Origin: Reyranellaceae bacterium
GTDB lineage: Bacteria; Pseudomonadota; Alphaproteobacteria; Reyranellales; Reyranellaceae
Assembly (NCBI GenBank): GCA_022844045.1
Contig: JALHMM010000016.1
Coordinates: forward strand, 19,806-83,805
Length of the DNA: 64,000 nucleotides
Direction: 5' to 3'
Numbering within the stretch: position 1 is the stretch's first letter; each line of letters begins with the position of its first letter. This document shows, piece after piece, positions 1-8,888 of this stretch. The notes below the pieces were generated by a model, which had not been told where the DNA came from, ran no database searches, and was given only the letters and a program-made list of their open reading frames with translations. The translations under genes and the position numbers were made by a program.

Positions 1-253
1 GAACCTTCGGCAGCTTGGGGTGCTTGACGATGTCCTCGACGCCGGCGGCGCGGCTGAACATCGCCTTCAGGTTGGGAAAGGCGGGAAACTGGTTGAGGTC
101 GGGATGCATGAAGGCGAGGTACTCGATGTCCTGCGCCGCGCCGACATCGGGCCAGAAGCGGATCGGCAGATCTGGGAGCTGCGCCGCGAAGGCCTCGCGG
201 AAGGCCTGAGCGCTGCCGATGACCTTGTCCAGATTGATGATGAGCAACGCCAT
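1..253 (-). CDS. D-2-hydroxyacid dehydrogenase family protein (GhrA-like), first 84 codons only; the rest lies beyond the left edge
   Basis: My own minus-strand translation from the ATG at 253-251 gives MALLIINLDKVIGSAQAFREAFAAQLPDLPIRFWPDVGAAQDIEYLAFMHPDLNQFPAFPNLKAMFSRAAGVEDIV. This resembles the N-termini of glyoxylate/hydroxypyruvate reductase A type enzymes. It is absent from the ORF track because there is no stop in the window. Confidence 0.55.
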   Translation of the reverse strand, partial: MALLIINLDKVIGSAQAFREAFAAQLPDLPIRFWPDVGAAQDIEYLAFMHPDLNQFPAFPNLKAMFSRAAGVEDIVKHPKLPKV

Positions 254-345
254 GCGGCCTCCGGGGCGACGCCAAAGGCGGCGTGTCGCGCGCAAAGATG
301 ATAGAGGAGAAGACGGATCAACCCAAATCGCGGGAGACCGACCTC

Positions 346-741
346 ATGACTCTCACCCTTGCGGAAGCCAATCGCATCATCGCCGGCGCCATCGACAAGG
401 CGCGCGAGATCGGCGCCAAGATGAACATCGCGGTATGCGACGCCGGCGGACGGCTGCTCGCCTTCCAGCGCATGGATGGCGCGATGTGGGCCGGCTCCTT
501 CGGCAGCCAGGGCAAGGCCATGGCCTCGGCCGCCTTCGGCCGCCCGAGTGGCGATCTCACACCACGCGCCGACCATCCGACCCTGCGCGGCATCGCGGCG
601 GCCGAAGGCAACCACATGTTCTATGGCCAGGGCGCCGTGCCGATCTTCCGCGGCGGTGTGCTGATCGGCGCCTGTGGCGTCGGCGGCGGCACCGCGCAAG
701 AAGACGAGGACTGCGCCCGCGCCGGAGTCGAGAAGCTCTGA
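346..741 (+). CDS. GlcG/HbpS-like heme-binding protein (DUF336)
   Basis: Lies within ORF 283..741. GGGAGA sits 8 nt upstream of the ATG at 346. The sequence MTLTLAEANRIIAGAIDKAREIGAKMNIAVCDAGGRLLAF...GGVLIGACGVGGGTAQEDEDCA is typical of the GlcG family. Confidence 0.8.
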   Translation: MTLTLAEANRIIAGAIDKAREIGAKMNIAVCDAGGRLLAFQRMDGAMWAGSFGSQGKAMASAAFGRPSGDLTPRADHPTLRGIAAAEGNHMFYGQGAVPIFRGGVLIGACGVGGGTAQEDEDCARAGVEKL

Positions 742-757
742 AGCTCGATACGCATGT

Positions 758-820
758 GTCATCCCGAGCGTAGCGAGGGATCTAGGGCTGGCCTGGATCC
801 CTCGCTACGCGCGGGATGAC
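758..820. repeat. REP-like palindromic element (family 3)
   Basis: gtcatcccgagcgtagcgagggatctagg...ctggatccctcgctacgcgcgggatgac forms an imperfect inverted repeat. A near-identical copy lies at 46443..46505. Confidence 0.8.
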
Positions 821-836
821 GGAGTGACTCAATCGT

Positions 837-1415
837 CTAGGGCGACGGAAAGTCGCGCATCACGACTTCCTCCGTCACCGTGTCGAGCACGGCGCAGCTC
901 AGCTGCCCGCCGTTGCGCGGATCACGGCTTTCGCCGGCCGAGCCGGGATTGACCACCAGCACCCGGCCGATGCGCCGCACGACTGGCCGGTGCGTGTGGC
1001 CATAAAGCACGATGTCGGCGTCGGCTTCACCGAAGCGCAGCAGCTCTGAACTGGTGGGCTGAACATAGGCGCCGCGTGGTTCCCACGGCGTGGAGTGCAC
1101 CATCAGGATGCGCTTGCCGCCGATATGCAGCTCGCGCCGATGCGGCCGCTCGGCGAGCCAATCGAGCGATCGCCGGTCGATGTCCTGATGGGACCGCGCC
1201 CGCGCGCCGCCCGCGCCGAGGAACATCTCCTCGTGATTGCCCAGGATGGTGAGCGCGTCGAGCTCGCGCAGCCGGCCGATCACCGCGTTCGAGAACCTGT
1301 ACTGATAGATGCTGTCGCCCAGGCACAGCAGCGCATCGATGCGACCCATCGCTTCCAGGGCGCGATCGAGACCATCGATGTTGCAATGCAGGTCGGAGAC
1401 GATGCCGAGCTTCAA
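837..1415 (-). CDS. metallophosphoesterase (YfcE/MJ0936 family)
   Basis: Full ORF. Carries the motifs MKLGIVSDLHCN, GDSIY, GNHE, GHTH and NPGS. Confidence 0.85.
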   Translation of the reverse strand: MKLGIVSDLHCNIDGLDRALEAMGRIDALLCLGDSIYQYRFSNAVIGRLRELDALTILGNHEEMFLGAGGARARSHQDIDRRSLDWLAERPHRRELHIGGKRILMVHSTPWEPRGAYVQPTSSELLRFGEADADIVLYGHTHRPVVRRIGRVLVVNPGSAGESRDPRNGGQLSCAVLDTVTEEVVMRDFPSP

Positions 1416-1701
1416 CGGGAGCCTCTGATTCGAACGGCCGATGACCGTGTCTTAACAGACTAATGGCACCTCGGAACGTTTTCATTCGGCCCGGCCAGGA
1501 GAGGCTCACCACGCTTGAGGAACAGCTTCCTCAAAAAAAGTCTCATAGGCGCCGTGCGCCTGTCGCAATCCGCTTCTATTGCTCAGCTCAGCGCTCGGTA
1601 GCACGGGCGTAAGGCAATAGCGGTTGGAGACAACCGGGCCTTCTTGTGTGGTGGCTGTTGCAGTAAGGGCCCCCCACACAAAGATCAGTTGGAGACCGCA
1701 C

Positions 1702-1815
1702 ATGCGGGCGACATTGATCTTCGAGGGCCGCGGTCCGACCGGTGCGAGTTACCAGATTGAGATCAGCCTGGGCTTTTTCGCCTTGGCTTGGCTCTTGAAG
1801 TTGCTCGGATCGTAA
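1702..1815 (+). CDS. hypothetical 37-aa small protein with hydrophobic C-terminus (alternatively part of an sRNA)
   Basis: The ATG at 1702 is preceded by ggaga. Translation is MRATLIFEGRGPTGASYQIEISLGFFALAWLLKLLGS, followed about 30 nt later by an intrinsic terminator. The locus is less GC-rich than its flanks. Confidence 0.35.
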   Translation: MRATLIFEGRGPTGASYQIEISLGFFALAWLLKLLGS

Positions 1816-1845
1816 GACCACCCGAGAGGCCGTTGAGAAGCGGCA

Positions 1846-1878
1846 GGGGGCCGCCCGCGAGGGCGGCCCCTTTTTCTG
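1846..1878 (+). terminator. rho-independent terminator
   Basis: gggggccgccc-gcga-gggcggcccc followed by tttttctg. Confidence 0.75.
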
Positions 1879-1979
1879 TTCCGGCTGCGTCGTCCGCCGC
1901 TCGGTGTGGACTTCAGCCCACCGATGCTAGACTCTTTCGCAAGATCAGCAATCCATCGCCGTGAGACGGCAGAGGCGAG

Positions 1980-2921
1980 ATGTCCACGACGCAACCACAC
2001 GGCACACGGCTCGCGCTCGCGGCCACGATCGGCCATATCCAGCTGCTGCCGTTCGGGGTTCGCGACCGGATCGTGCGCCTGCTCGCCCGTCCTGAGATCT
2101 GCCCCGCGCGACCCTTCACGGTCGACTTTTTCGGCCAGCGTTACTCCGGCCGGCTCGACAGTTTCATCGACTGGTGCGTGTACATGTTCGGGGTCTACGA
2201 GCCTTCGGTCTCGGAGGTGATGCGACGCGTCGCGCGCGGCGGTTTTGCCACGCCGCCGGTCGTCTGGGATCTCGGCGCGAATTGCGGCCATCATGTGCTG
2301 CTCGTCGCGCGACACGCCAAAGCCGTGCATGCGTTCGAACCATTACCGTCGCTCTGCGAGTCGATCGCGGTGAAGGTACGCGAGAACGATCTGCGCAACG
2401 TGACCATCCACCAGATCGGCCTGGGCGACACGGAAGGCGCGGTCCCATTCCTTCCGCCGCTCGGCGGGAACCTTGGCGACGGCTCCTTCTACCAGCCCGG
2501 CCTTCGGGACGGGGAAGACATCTGGCGCGATGGCGAAAACCTGCCGACGCTTCCGGTCACGACGGGCGATGCCGTCGTCGCCAGTGGGACCGAGGCGCCC
2601 GACATGATGAAGATCGACATCCAGGAGTACGAGTATCAGGCCTTGGTCGGCATGCAGGCGACGCTGCGCGCCGCTCGGCCGGTGATCTTCCTGGAATACG
2701 GCCGCCTGCTGGAGCAGCAGACCGCGGGCCTTCGGCGCGGCGACGAACTCTTCGGCGAAAACTATTCCTGGTTCCTGATCGGCCAGGGATCCGGTGGTTT
2801 CAGCCTAACGCCCTTCGACGGGGCGCCGCCCGAATTGCAGGGGACGGGCTTCTTCGTCGATATCGTCGGCATACCGGCGGAGAGGTCGGAACGCGTTCAC
2901 GCGGCGTTGGCACGCGCCTGA
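1980..2921 (+). CDS. FkbM family methyltransferase
   Basis: Full ORF. VWDLGANCGHH, the SAM-binding loop typical of FkbM, followed by HAFEP and IGLGD. Confidence 0.75.
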   Translation: MSTTQPHGTRLALAATIGHIQLLPFGVRDRIVRLLARPEICPARPFTVDFFGQRYSGRLDSFIDWCVYMFGVYEPSVSEVMRRVARGGFATPPVVWDLGANCGHHVLLVARHAKAVHAFEPLPSLCESIAVKVRENDLRNVTIHQIGLGDTEGAVPFLPPLGGNLGDGSFYQPGLRDGEDIWRDGENLPTLPVTTGDAVVASGTEAPDMMKIDIQEYEYQALVGMQATLRAARPVIFLEYGRLLEQQTAGLRRGDELFGENYSWFLIGQGSGGFSLTPFDGAPPELQGTGFFVDIVGIPAERSERVHAALARA

Positions 2922-2973
2922 CGGCCTTTGCCGCATCTCGACGGTCGCGTTGAACGACCATCGTCCGCGACGC

Positions 2974-4098
2974 CTAAACGCGCTCGAGGATCGACAGCCC
3001 CCTGATGCGATCGATCAGATAGATCAGGCCGCGGTGATCGACGTAGACATCGTTGCTGCAGACGCGATCGGCGCCCGGCGGCACGTCGGGCATCCACCAC
3101 GCGGCCTGCTTCATCGACAGTGGATTGGAGATGTCGATCACCTGGAGCCCGTTGGCGAACCAGGCGGCGGGAACCTCGGTGCCGATGATGGTTTCGACGG
3201 TCTGGTGGCAGGCCGTCATCAGCGGCGTCTCGACGCCGACCAGTTCCGGCAATTGGAAGCAGCTCACCGGCACCGGTCGGGTCTCGTCGGTGATGTTCAC
3301 CATCCACACCGCCGCCGGCAGTTGCGGCGAGAGCTTGGCATCGAGCGGCTGCACGTGCTCGTCGGCGACCAGCATCCAGCGATGGCCGGCGATCGGCTGA
3401 TCGATCGGCACCAGGCTGTGCGTCGGCCAGCCGAAGGGCGGGCTCCAGTCGATGCTGGAGATCAGCTTGGGCTTGCGCATGTCGCTGATGTCGAGGATGA
3501 CGCCGCCGCCGTACCAGTAACTGACATAGAGGCGATCGCCGCGCCGGATCGGATGGTGACAGCGGTGGTTCTTGGCCTGCCAGTCGGGTTTCTCGCCGCC
3601 GGCGATCCACTGCCCGTCCATCCACCAGCGACCGACCTCCTCGGGCTTCGTCGGATCCTTCAGGTCGAGGATCATGACGATGGTGCCGAGCCAGCCCTCC
3701 TGCTCCGTGGAGATATACGCGTAGCGGCCATCGAAGGTGAAACGGTGCACGCCCGTGCCGTCGCACTGCCAATGGCAGATGTCGCGCGGCTTGTCCGGCC
3801 GGCTGACGTCGAAGATGCGCAGGCCGACGAAATCGTCCTCTGGCATCTGTCCCCGCGCACGTTCGCGGTTCACCACCATGATGTCGTTGGCCACGCGCAC
3901 CTTGTGCGAATGCAGCCCCGGCGGAATGTCGAACGAGGCGACGATCCTGGGGTTCTTCGGGTCGCGCACGTCGATGACCGATGTGCCGTGCGGCTGCGCC
4001 ATATGACCGACATAGGCGTAACCGCCATCGGTGACGACCTGACCGCCGCCGGCGATATCGAGCCACGCGACCTCGCGAATGCCGGAACCGTGACCCAT
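2974..4098 (-). CDS. LVIVD-repeat beta-propeller protein
   Basis: Lies within ORF 2974..4194; start taken at MGHGSGIREV. Shows recurring hydrophobic-x-D segments such as VIDVRDP, LRIFDVS, ILDISD and VIDISNP. Confidence 0.7.
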   Translation of the reverse strand: MGHGSGIREVAWLDIAGGGQVVTDGGYAYVGHMAQPHGTSVIDVRDPKNPRIVASFDIPPGLHSHKVRVANDIMVVNRERARGQMPEDDFVGLRIFDVSRPDKPRDICHWQCDGTGVHRFTFDGRYAYISTEQEGWLGTIVMILDLKDPTKPEEVGRWWMDGQWIAGGEKPDWQAKNHRCHHPIRRGDRLYVSYWYGGGVILDISDMRKPKLISSIDWSPPFGWPTHSLVPIDQPIAGHRWMLVADEHVQPLDAKLSPQLPAAVWMVNITDETRPVPVSCFQLPELVGVETPLMTACHQTVETIIGTEVPAAWFANGLQVIDISNPLSMKQAAWWMPDVPPGADRVCSNDVYVDHRGLIYLIDRIRGLSILERV

Positions 4099-4238
4099 GG
4101 TGCTCTCCCAACAAGTCGGCGCGTCGCCTCTCGTCGTCCGCCGACTCGGGCGATCATCTATAGGGTTCAGGATAATGTACACTAGCGCCCACAACGACCA
4201 CAGAGCTGGACGCTCTGAAGGAAGGGCCGGAGCCGACG

Positions 4239-4601
4239 ATGAAGAACCTCACGATGGTGATTGCCGTATTCGTCCTCGCCTGGGCGACGGGATCGAGCGG
4301 TGCGATGGCGGAATCGTGCTTTGAAACCCGATTCATCCAGATCAACCAAACGATCAACCTCGCCGCGAACGACACGAATGCCGTCGTGCGATACAAAGTG
4401 TGTCTAACAGGCGAACGGACCGCGACTGCCGACGTCCTAAATCCAAGCAACATCCTGATTACGATCGAGTACTTCCCCGACGGACCCGAAGCCGGATGCG
4501 CCTTCGTCATTTCAAACAGATCAATCGCCGCCAGGCTGATTACGTATGAGGGCTCGACGAGCAAGGCAAACGCCACGCTGAACGTTTGTGTCCTGCCGTA
4601 G
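4239..4601 (+). CDS. hypothetical secreted protein
   Basis: Signal-peptide-like N-terminus MKNLTMVIAVFVLAWATGSSGAMA. The gene and its surroundings are visibly AT-richer than the flanking genes. Confidence 0.5.
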   Translation: MKNLTMVIAVFVLAWATGSSGAMAESCFETRFIQINQTINLAANDTNAVVRYKVCLTGERTATADVLNPSNILITIEYFPDGPEAGCAFVISNRSIAARLITYEGSTSKANATLNVCVLP

Positions 4602-4634
4602 AGACGTGGCCGATAGACGGCGGCGTGAGATCGC

Positions 4635-5105
4635 TCACGCCTTCGGATACGCGATGCTCATCGTCTCGGCGATGCAGGCCGGGCGGTCCTTGCCCTCGAT
4701 CTCGACGGTCCACTGGTAGGTCATGCGGATGCCGCCATTGGGCATGTCGTCGGCGGCGAGCAGCTTCTGGCGGCCGCGGATGCGCGCGCCGACCTGCACC
4801 GGGTTGGTGAAGCGCACCTTGTTCGAGCCATAGTTGATGCCGTTGCGCACGTTCTCGATCTTCAGCACGTTCTGGCCGAAGGTGGAGATCACCGACAGGG
4901 TGAGCATGCCGTGCGCGATGGTCTTGCCGTCGGGCATGTCGGTCTTGCAGCGTTCGACATCGACATGGATCCATTGATGGTCGCCGCTGCATTTGGCGAA
5001 GGTGTCGATGCGGTCCTGCGTCATCTCCAGCCAGTCGCTGACGCCCAGCTCCTGGCCGACCAGCGCCTTCATCGCCTGCGGGCTCTCGACAATTCGCTTG
5101 GGCAT
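4635..5105 (-). CDS. MaoC-like (R)-specific enoyl-CoA hydratase / hot-dog dehydratase
   Basis: Start at MPKRIVESPQ, with the complement of ATG at 5105-5103. Carries SGDHQWIHVD and IAHGMLTLS motifs. Confidence 0.85.
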   Translation of the reverse strand: MPKRIVESPQAMKALVGQELGVSDWLEMTQDRIDTFAKCSGDHQWIHVDVERCKTDMPDGKTIAHGMLTLSVISTFGQNVLKIENVRNGINYGSNKVRFTNPVQVGARIRGRQKLLAADDMPNGGIRMTYQWTVEIEGKDRPACIAETMSIAYPKA

Positions 5106-5116
5106 GATGTCCTCCT

Positions 5117-6151
5117 TCAGACCAATCCGGCCGGGATCTTGTAGGTGCGCGCCGCCGTCTTCGCGAACAGCGCGGCTTTCTCGTCGCGGGACGCACCTGA
5201 TGCCAGACGTTTGCAGGCGTTCCAGAACACAGGATAGCTGCTCCAGCGCTTCTGGACGGGAAAGTTGCTCTCGAACATGCAGCGCTCGGCGCCGAACAGC
5301 TCGAGGCAGGCGTCGAACCAGGCGCGCCAGGCGGTCGCGATATCGGTCGACGACAGCGGCAGGCCGCCGGCCTCCTTGCTGGGTCCCGTCCGGCGCACTG
5401 GCAGCGCGCCCAGCTTGACGCGCACGTTCTTGTGCGTGGACAGCCTGCGCATGGACTCGCGCCACGCCTGGAACACCTCGTCCTGCCGCTTCGCGTTGGG
5501 GCCGCCGAGAACCGGGCTGCCGAAATGGCAGAGCACGATGGTCAGCCCAGGGAACGCCGCGGCAACGTCACCGACCTCGTCGATCTGGTTGTGAAAGACC
5601 CAGGCATCGAAGGCGATGCCGCGACGATCGAGGCACGCGAGCCCCTGGCGCACGAGAGGATCGGCCAGGCGATGGGCCACGGGCACGACGTTGGGAACGG
5701 CCTCGCTGGGATGCCAGGCGGTGGAGTAGCGCACGGCGCTGAATCGGCCGCCGCTCGCGGCGATGTGCAAGTCGAGCACCCGCGCGACATCGCCGCCGAG
5801 CATGAGATCGATATTGCCGACCATGGAAGCGCAGGCGCGCGCCGGCCCGAACGCGCCGCTGGCGCTCATCGCGGCGACGCCGGTGACGAACTCCGTCTCG
5901 CCCAGCGAGCGCAGCTCGACCGGGCCATCGATGCGATACATCGAATGGCATTCCTCGAACACGGTCGCCTTGACGGCGTGGCCGGAGGCGAGATCGGCGA
6001 CCAGTTCCGGCAACATGTAGACATTGCCCGGGCGCAGCCACAGATGGTGGTGCGGATCGACGATCGGCAAGTCGGGTTCGAGGATCTCCTCGACATGACG
6101 CGCGAGCCACGCCTCATCGACGCTGCCGGAAAAATGATCGCGTTCGGCCAT
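5117..6151 (-). CDS. amidohydrolase family 2 protein (TIM-barrel metal hydrolase)
   Basis: Full ORF. Carries VDPHHHLW and a C-terminal FESNFPV motif, typical of COG3618-like amidohydrolases. Confidence 0.8.
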   Translation of the reverse strand: MAERDHFSGSVDEAWLARHVEEILEPDLPIVDPHHHLWLRPGNVYMLPELVADLASGHAVKATVFEECHSMYRIDGPVELRSLGETEFVTGVAAMSASGAFGPARACASMVGNIDLMLGGDVARVLDLHIAASGGRFSAVRYSTAWHPSEAVPNVVPVAHRLADPLVRQGLACLDRRGIAFDAWVFHNQIDEVGDVAAAFPGLTIVLCHFGSPVLGGPNAKRQDEVFQAWRESMRRLSTHKNVRVKLGALPVRRTGPSKEAGGLPLSSTDIATAWRAWFDACLELFGAERCMFESNFPVQKRWSSYPVFWNACKRLASGASRDEKAALFAKTAARTYKIPAGLV

Positions 6152-6197
6152 GGCGGATCCTTTGCCTATCGGAGCTTATCGCATATCGATCTTGATC

Positions 6198-6321
6198 TAC
6201 CTTCCCCCGGAGGGGGAAGGTGGCGCGAAGCGCCGGATGGGGGATGTTTCAACGCATCAGGTATCCGTCTTCGACATCCCCCATCCGCCCTTCGGGCACC
6301 TTCCTCCTCCGGGGGAAGGTA
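6198..6321. repeat. 124-bp nested palindromic element (family 1)
   Basis: Both termini are taccttcccccggagggggaaggt, each itself a hairpin. The interior palindrome is ggatgggggatgt...acatcccccatcc. Confidence 0.85.
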
Positions 6322-6342
6322 AGACCAGGTCGAAGTGCGGCG

Positions 6343-7125
6343 ATGGAGGATGGGATGCGACTGCGGGGCAAGGTGGCGCTGCTGACCGGGGCTGCGGCGG
6401 CGATCAAGGGCGAGCTGATGGGCTTCGGCGGCGCGGCGGCGCATCTGTTCGTGCGCGAGGGCGCGAAGGTGGTGCTGACCGATATCCGCGACGACCTGGG
6501 CGAGCGCGCGGCCGCGTCGCTGCGCGCCGATGGGCATGACGCGCGCTACCTGCGTCTCGACGTGACGTCGGAACAGAACTGGGCCCACGTGATGGACACG
6601 GTGATGGCGGCGCACGGACGCCTGGACATCCTGTTCAACAACGCCGGCATCGCCGTGCCCGGCAAGGTCGAGGACATGACGGCCGACACCTGGGACCGCG
6701 AACTCGGCGTTCACGCCAAGGGCGTTTTCCTCGGCACGCGTGCGGCGATCCCGGCCATGCGCAAAGGCGGTGGCGGGTCGATCATCAACACGTCCTCGGT
6801 CATGGGCCTCGTCGGCAGCCCCACCGCGCCGGCCTACTCGGCCGCCAAGGGCGCCATCACGCTCTTCACCAAGTCGGCGGCGCTGCAATACGCGAAGGAG
6901 AACATCCGCATCAACTCGGTGCATCCTGGCTACGCCGACACACCGCTGACCGACAAACGCTTCGGCGATCCGGCCATCCGCAAGGCGCTGATCGATCGCA
7001 CGCCGATGGGCCGGCTCGGCACCGCGGAGGATATCGCCAACGGCGTGCTGTTCCTGGCGTCCGACGAGTCATCCTGGATCACCGGCTCGGAACTGGTGAT
7101 CGATGGCGGCATGACGGCGCAGTAG
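6343..7125 (+). CDS. SDR family oxidoreductase
   Basis: Lies within ORF 6220..7125; start at 6343 or 6355. Carries GKVALLTGAA, NNAG and YSAAKGA motifs. The upstream part of the ORF runs through a repeat. Confidence 0.85.
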   Translation: MEDGMRLRGKVALLTGAAAAIKGELMGFGGAAAHLFVREGAKVVLTDIRDDLGERAAASLRADGHDARYLRLDVTSEQNWAHVMDTVMAAHGRLDILFNNAGIAVPGKVEDMTADTWDRELGVHAKGVFLGTRAAIPAMRKGGGGSIINTSSVMGLVGSPTAPAYSAAKGAITLFTKSAALQYAKENIRINSVHPGYADTPLTDKRFGDPAIRKALIDRTPMGRLGTAEDIANGVLFLASDESSWITGSELVIDGGMTAQ

Positions 7126-7132
7126 GTTTCTT

Positions 7133-7320
7133 TGGGCGCGCCGGCGTCCCGCCGGCATCATGAGGCCAACCACAGAGGCACAGAGGAAGACAAAGGCGAG
7201 AAGACCAGCACCACGCGCTTCGCGCGCGTAGTGCCCTCTCTTCGTTTTCCTCGGTGTCTCGGTGCCTCTGTGGTTCGTCTTCTTCAAGATGCCGGCGGGA
7301 CGCCGGCGCTCCCAGGAAGA
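7133..7320. repeat. about 190-bp long-armed palindromic element (family 2), inverted relative to the other copies
   Basis: Arms are gccggcgtcccgccggcat...aaccacagaggcacagagg / cctctgtggtt...atgccggcgggacgccggc. The terminus is cccaggaaga. Confidence 0.85.
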
Positions 7321-7331
7321 CATGGGTCTCC

Positions 7332-8099
7332 TCACATCGCCGTCATGCCGCCGTCGACGAACAGCAGGGCGCCGGTGACGTAGGAGGCGTCGTCGGAGGC
7401 CAGGAACAGGATCGCGGCGGCGACTTCCTCCGCCCTGCCCGGCCGCTTCAGCATGGTGCCGCGCGCGGCCTGGACGTTGTACTGCTCGACGGTCTCGCCG
7501 GCCGCCGCGATGCGCCGGGCATGGAACGGCGTGAAGATCGGGCCCGGGCCGACGGCGTTGACGCGAATGCCCTGCGGCGAGTGGTCGGCGGCGAGCGCGC
7601 GCGTCAGGCCGGCGATCGCGGCCTTGGTCGTGTCGTACTGCAGATTGCCGCCGCCGGCGACGATGGAGCGGACGGAAGCGACGTTGACGATGGCGCCGCC
7701 CTTGGCGCTGCGCATCAGCGGCACGGCGGCCTTGGCGCAGAAGACGTAGCTCATCAGGTTGACGCTGAGGATCTCGTTCCAGCTCGCCGCGCTCGCCACG
7801 TCGACCGTCTCGTATTTGCGGATGCCGGCGTTGTTGACGAGGATGTCGAGCTGCCCGAAGCGCTCGGCCGCGCCGTTGACGAAGGCGAGGCATGCGGCCT
7901 CGCTGCCGACATCGGCCTGCGTGAAGGCGACCTTGGCGCCCGCGGCCTCGAGCTCGGCTGCGACGCCACGACCGCGCTCTCCATCGCGATCGCAGAACGC
8001 CACGCTCGCGCCCTCGGCGACGAAACGCCGGACGGTCGCCTCGCCGATTCCCGACGCGCCACCCGTCACCGCCGCGACCTTGCCCTGGAGACGATTCAT
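7332..8099 (-). CDS. SDR family oxidoreductase
   Basis: Full ORF. Carries GKVAAVTGGASGIG, NNAG, the catalytic Y-x3-K of YDTTKAA, and a DGG tail. Confidence 0.9.
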   Translation of the reverse strand: MNRLQGKVAAVTGGASGIGEATVRRFVAEGASVAFCDRDGERGRGVAAELEAAGAKVAFTQADVGSEAACLAFVNGAAERFGQLDILVNNAGIRKYETVDVASAASWNEILSVNLMSYVFCAKAAVPLMRSAKGGAIVNVASVRSIVAGGGNLQYDTTKAAIAGLTRALAADHSPQGIRVNAVGPGPIFTPFHARRIAAAGETVEQYNVQAARGTMLKRPGRAEEVAAAILFLASDDASYVTGALLFVDGGMTAM

Positions 8100-8118
8100 C
8101 TCTGCTGCTCCTCGCCGT

Positions 8119-8150
8119 CACTCCCTCCCCCCGCAAGCGGAGGGAGAAAG
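8119..8150. repeat. short GC hairpin repeat (family 4)
   Basis: cactccctccccccgcaagcggagggagaaag. Confidence 0.6.
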
Positions 8151-8272
8151 ACCCCGTATGCGGCGGCCATTATGGGCGTCGTCGCCAGAGGTTTCGAGCG
8201 TGACGATGGAGGATGCGATGTGACCGCGGGCGCGCCGGCAGCGCCGGCCCTGCTGCTCGCCGGGACGGCTGC

Positions 8273-8758
8273 TCAGAACGGCGCCACTGGGCAGCGGATC
8301 GCCACGACCCGACTGGCGTGGCCCGCGCGCGTGATACTGATGGTGCCGTGGTTTACGCGGGACGCGAGGCCGCGAAGATAGCTGGCCCATGCGGCTTCCG
8401 TCGTGTTTTGGCTGAGCAGCGCGGCGAGCGAGGCTCCAACGCCGAAGTTGATCGCTACACCGCTCGGCTTGAACAGCCGGACGAGCCGAGCGAGGCCCGG
8501 GCCATCGGCGTGATGGATGCGTTGCAGACAGGTATCCGGCGACGCGGTCGCCTCGTCGTGGAACTGCAGCACGCTGATGTTGGAGCCTGCCGCCATGATG
8601 CTCGAGGCCGCGATGGCATCCGCCAGCGCACCGGCGGATTGGCCAAAGCGCCAGATGACGTGCGATTGGACGCCACCGGACCTGGAGGCGGTACTACCGG
8701 GGACGTTCCAGGTGGCACCTAAAGGCAAAGACGCCACACGAATTATGAGCCCCGACAT
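8273..8758 (-). CDS. hypothetical protein
   Basis: A 161-aa ORF with protein-like A/S/G-rich composition. The overlapping plus-strand ORF is Arg/Gly-rich shadow. I recognise no motif. Confidence 0.35.
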   Translation of the reverse strand: MSGLIIRVASLPLGATWNVPGSTASRSGGVQSHVIWRFGQSAGALADAIAASSIMAAGSNISVLQFHDEATASPDTCLQRIHHADGPGLARLVRLFKPSGVAINFGVGASLAALLSQNTTEAAWASYLRGLASRVNHGTISITRAGHASRVVAIRCPVAPF

Positions 8759-8888
8759 AGCGACCAGTCCGTGATCGGAATTTCTATTCGCGCGAGATCA
8801 TGCAACAAAAGTGACCGTTCAGTCAATTATCATATGGCGCATGGTGTGGAGATTTGTGCGTGCGGAGAGAGAAGCGAACGCCGTCACG

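Noticed and set aside
1460-1560. GGAAC motifs as EcfG-type general stress promoters. I also checked upstream of the 54181 small gene.
   Set aside because: No correctly spaced CGTT -10 element follows either GGAAC. The candidate near 54230 reads GGCAAC with an extra base.
2897-4185. 405-aa (minus) and 411-aa (plus) ORFs overlapping the LVIVD-repeat gene
   Set aside because: Their Arg/Ala/Gly/Asp-rich composition is typical of wrong-frame translation in GC-rich DNA. The 2974..4098 frame has recognisable repeat motifs.
8213-8722. 169-aa plus-strand ORF opposite the 8273..8758 hypothetical gene
   Set aside because: Arg/Gly/Asp-rich shadow-like composition. I kept the minus-strand ORF at low confidence.
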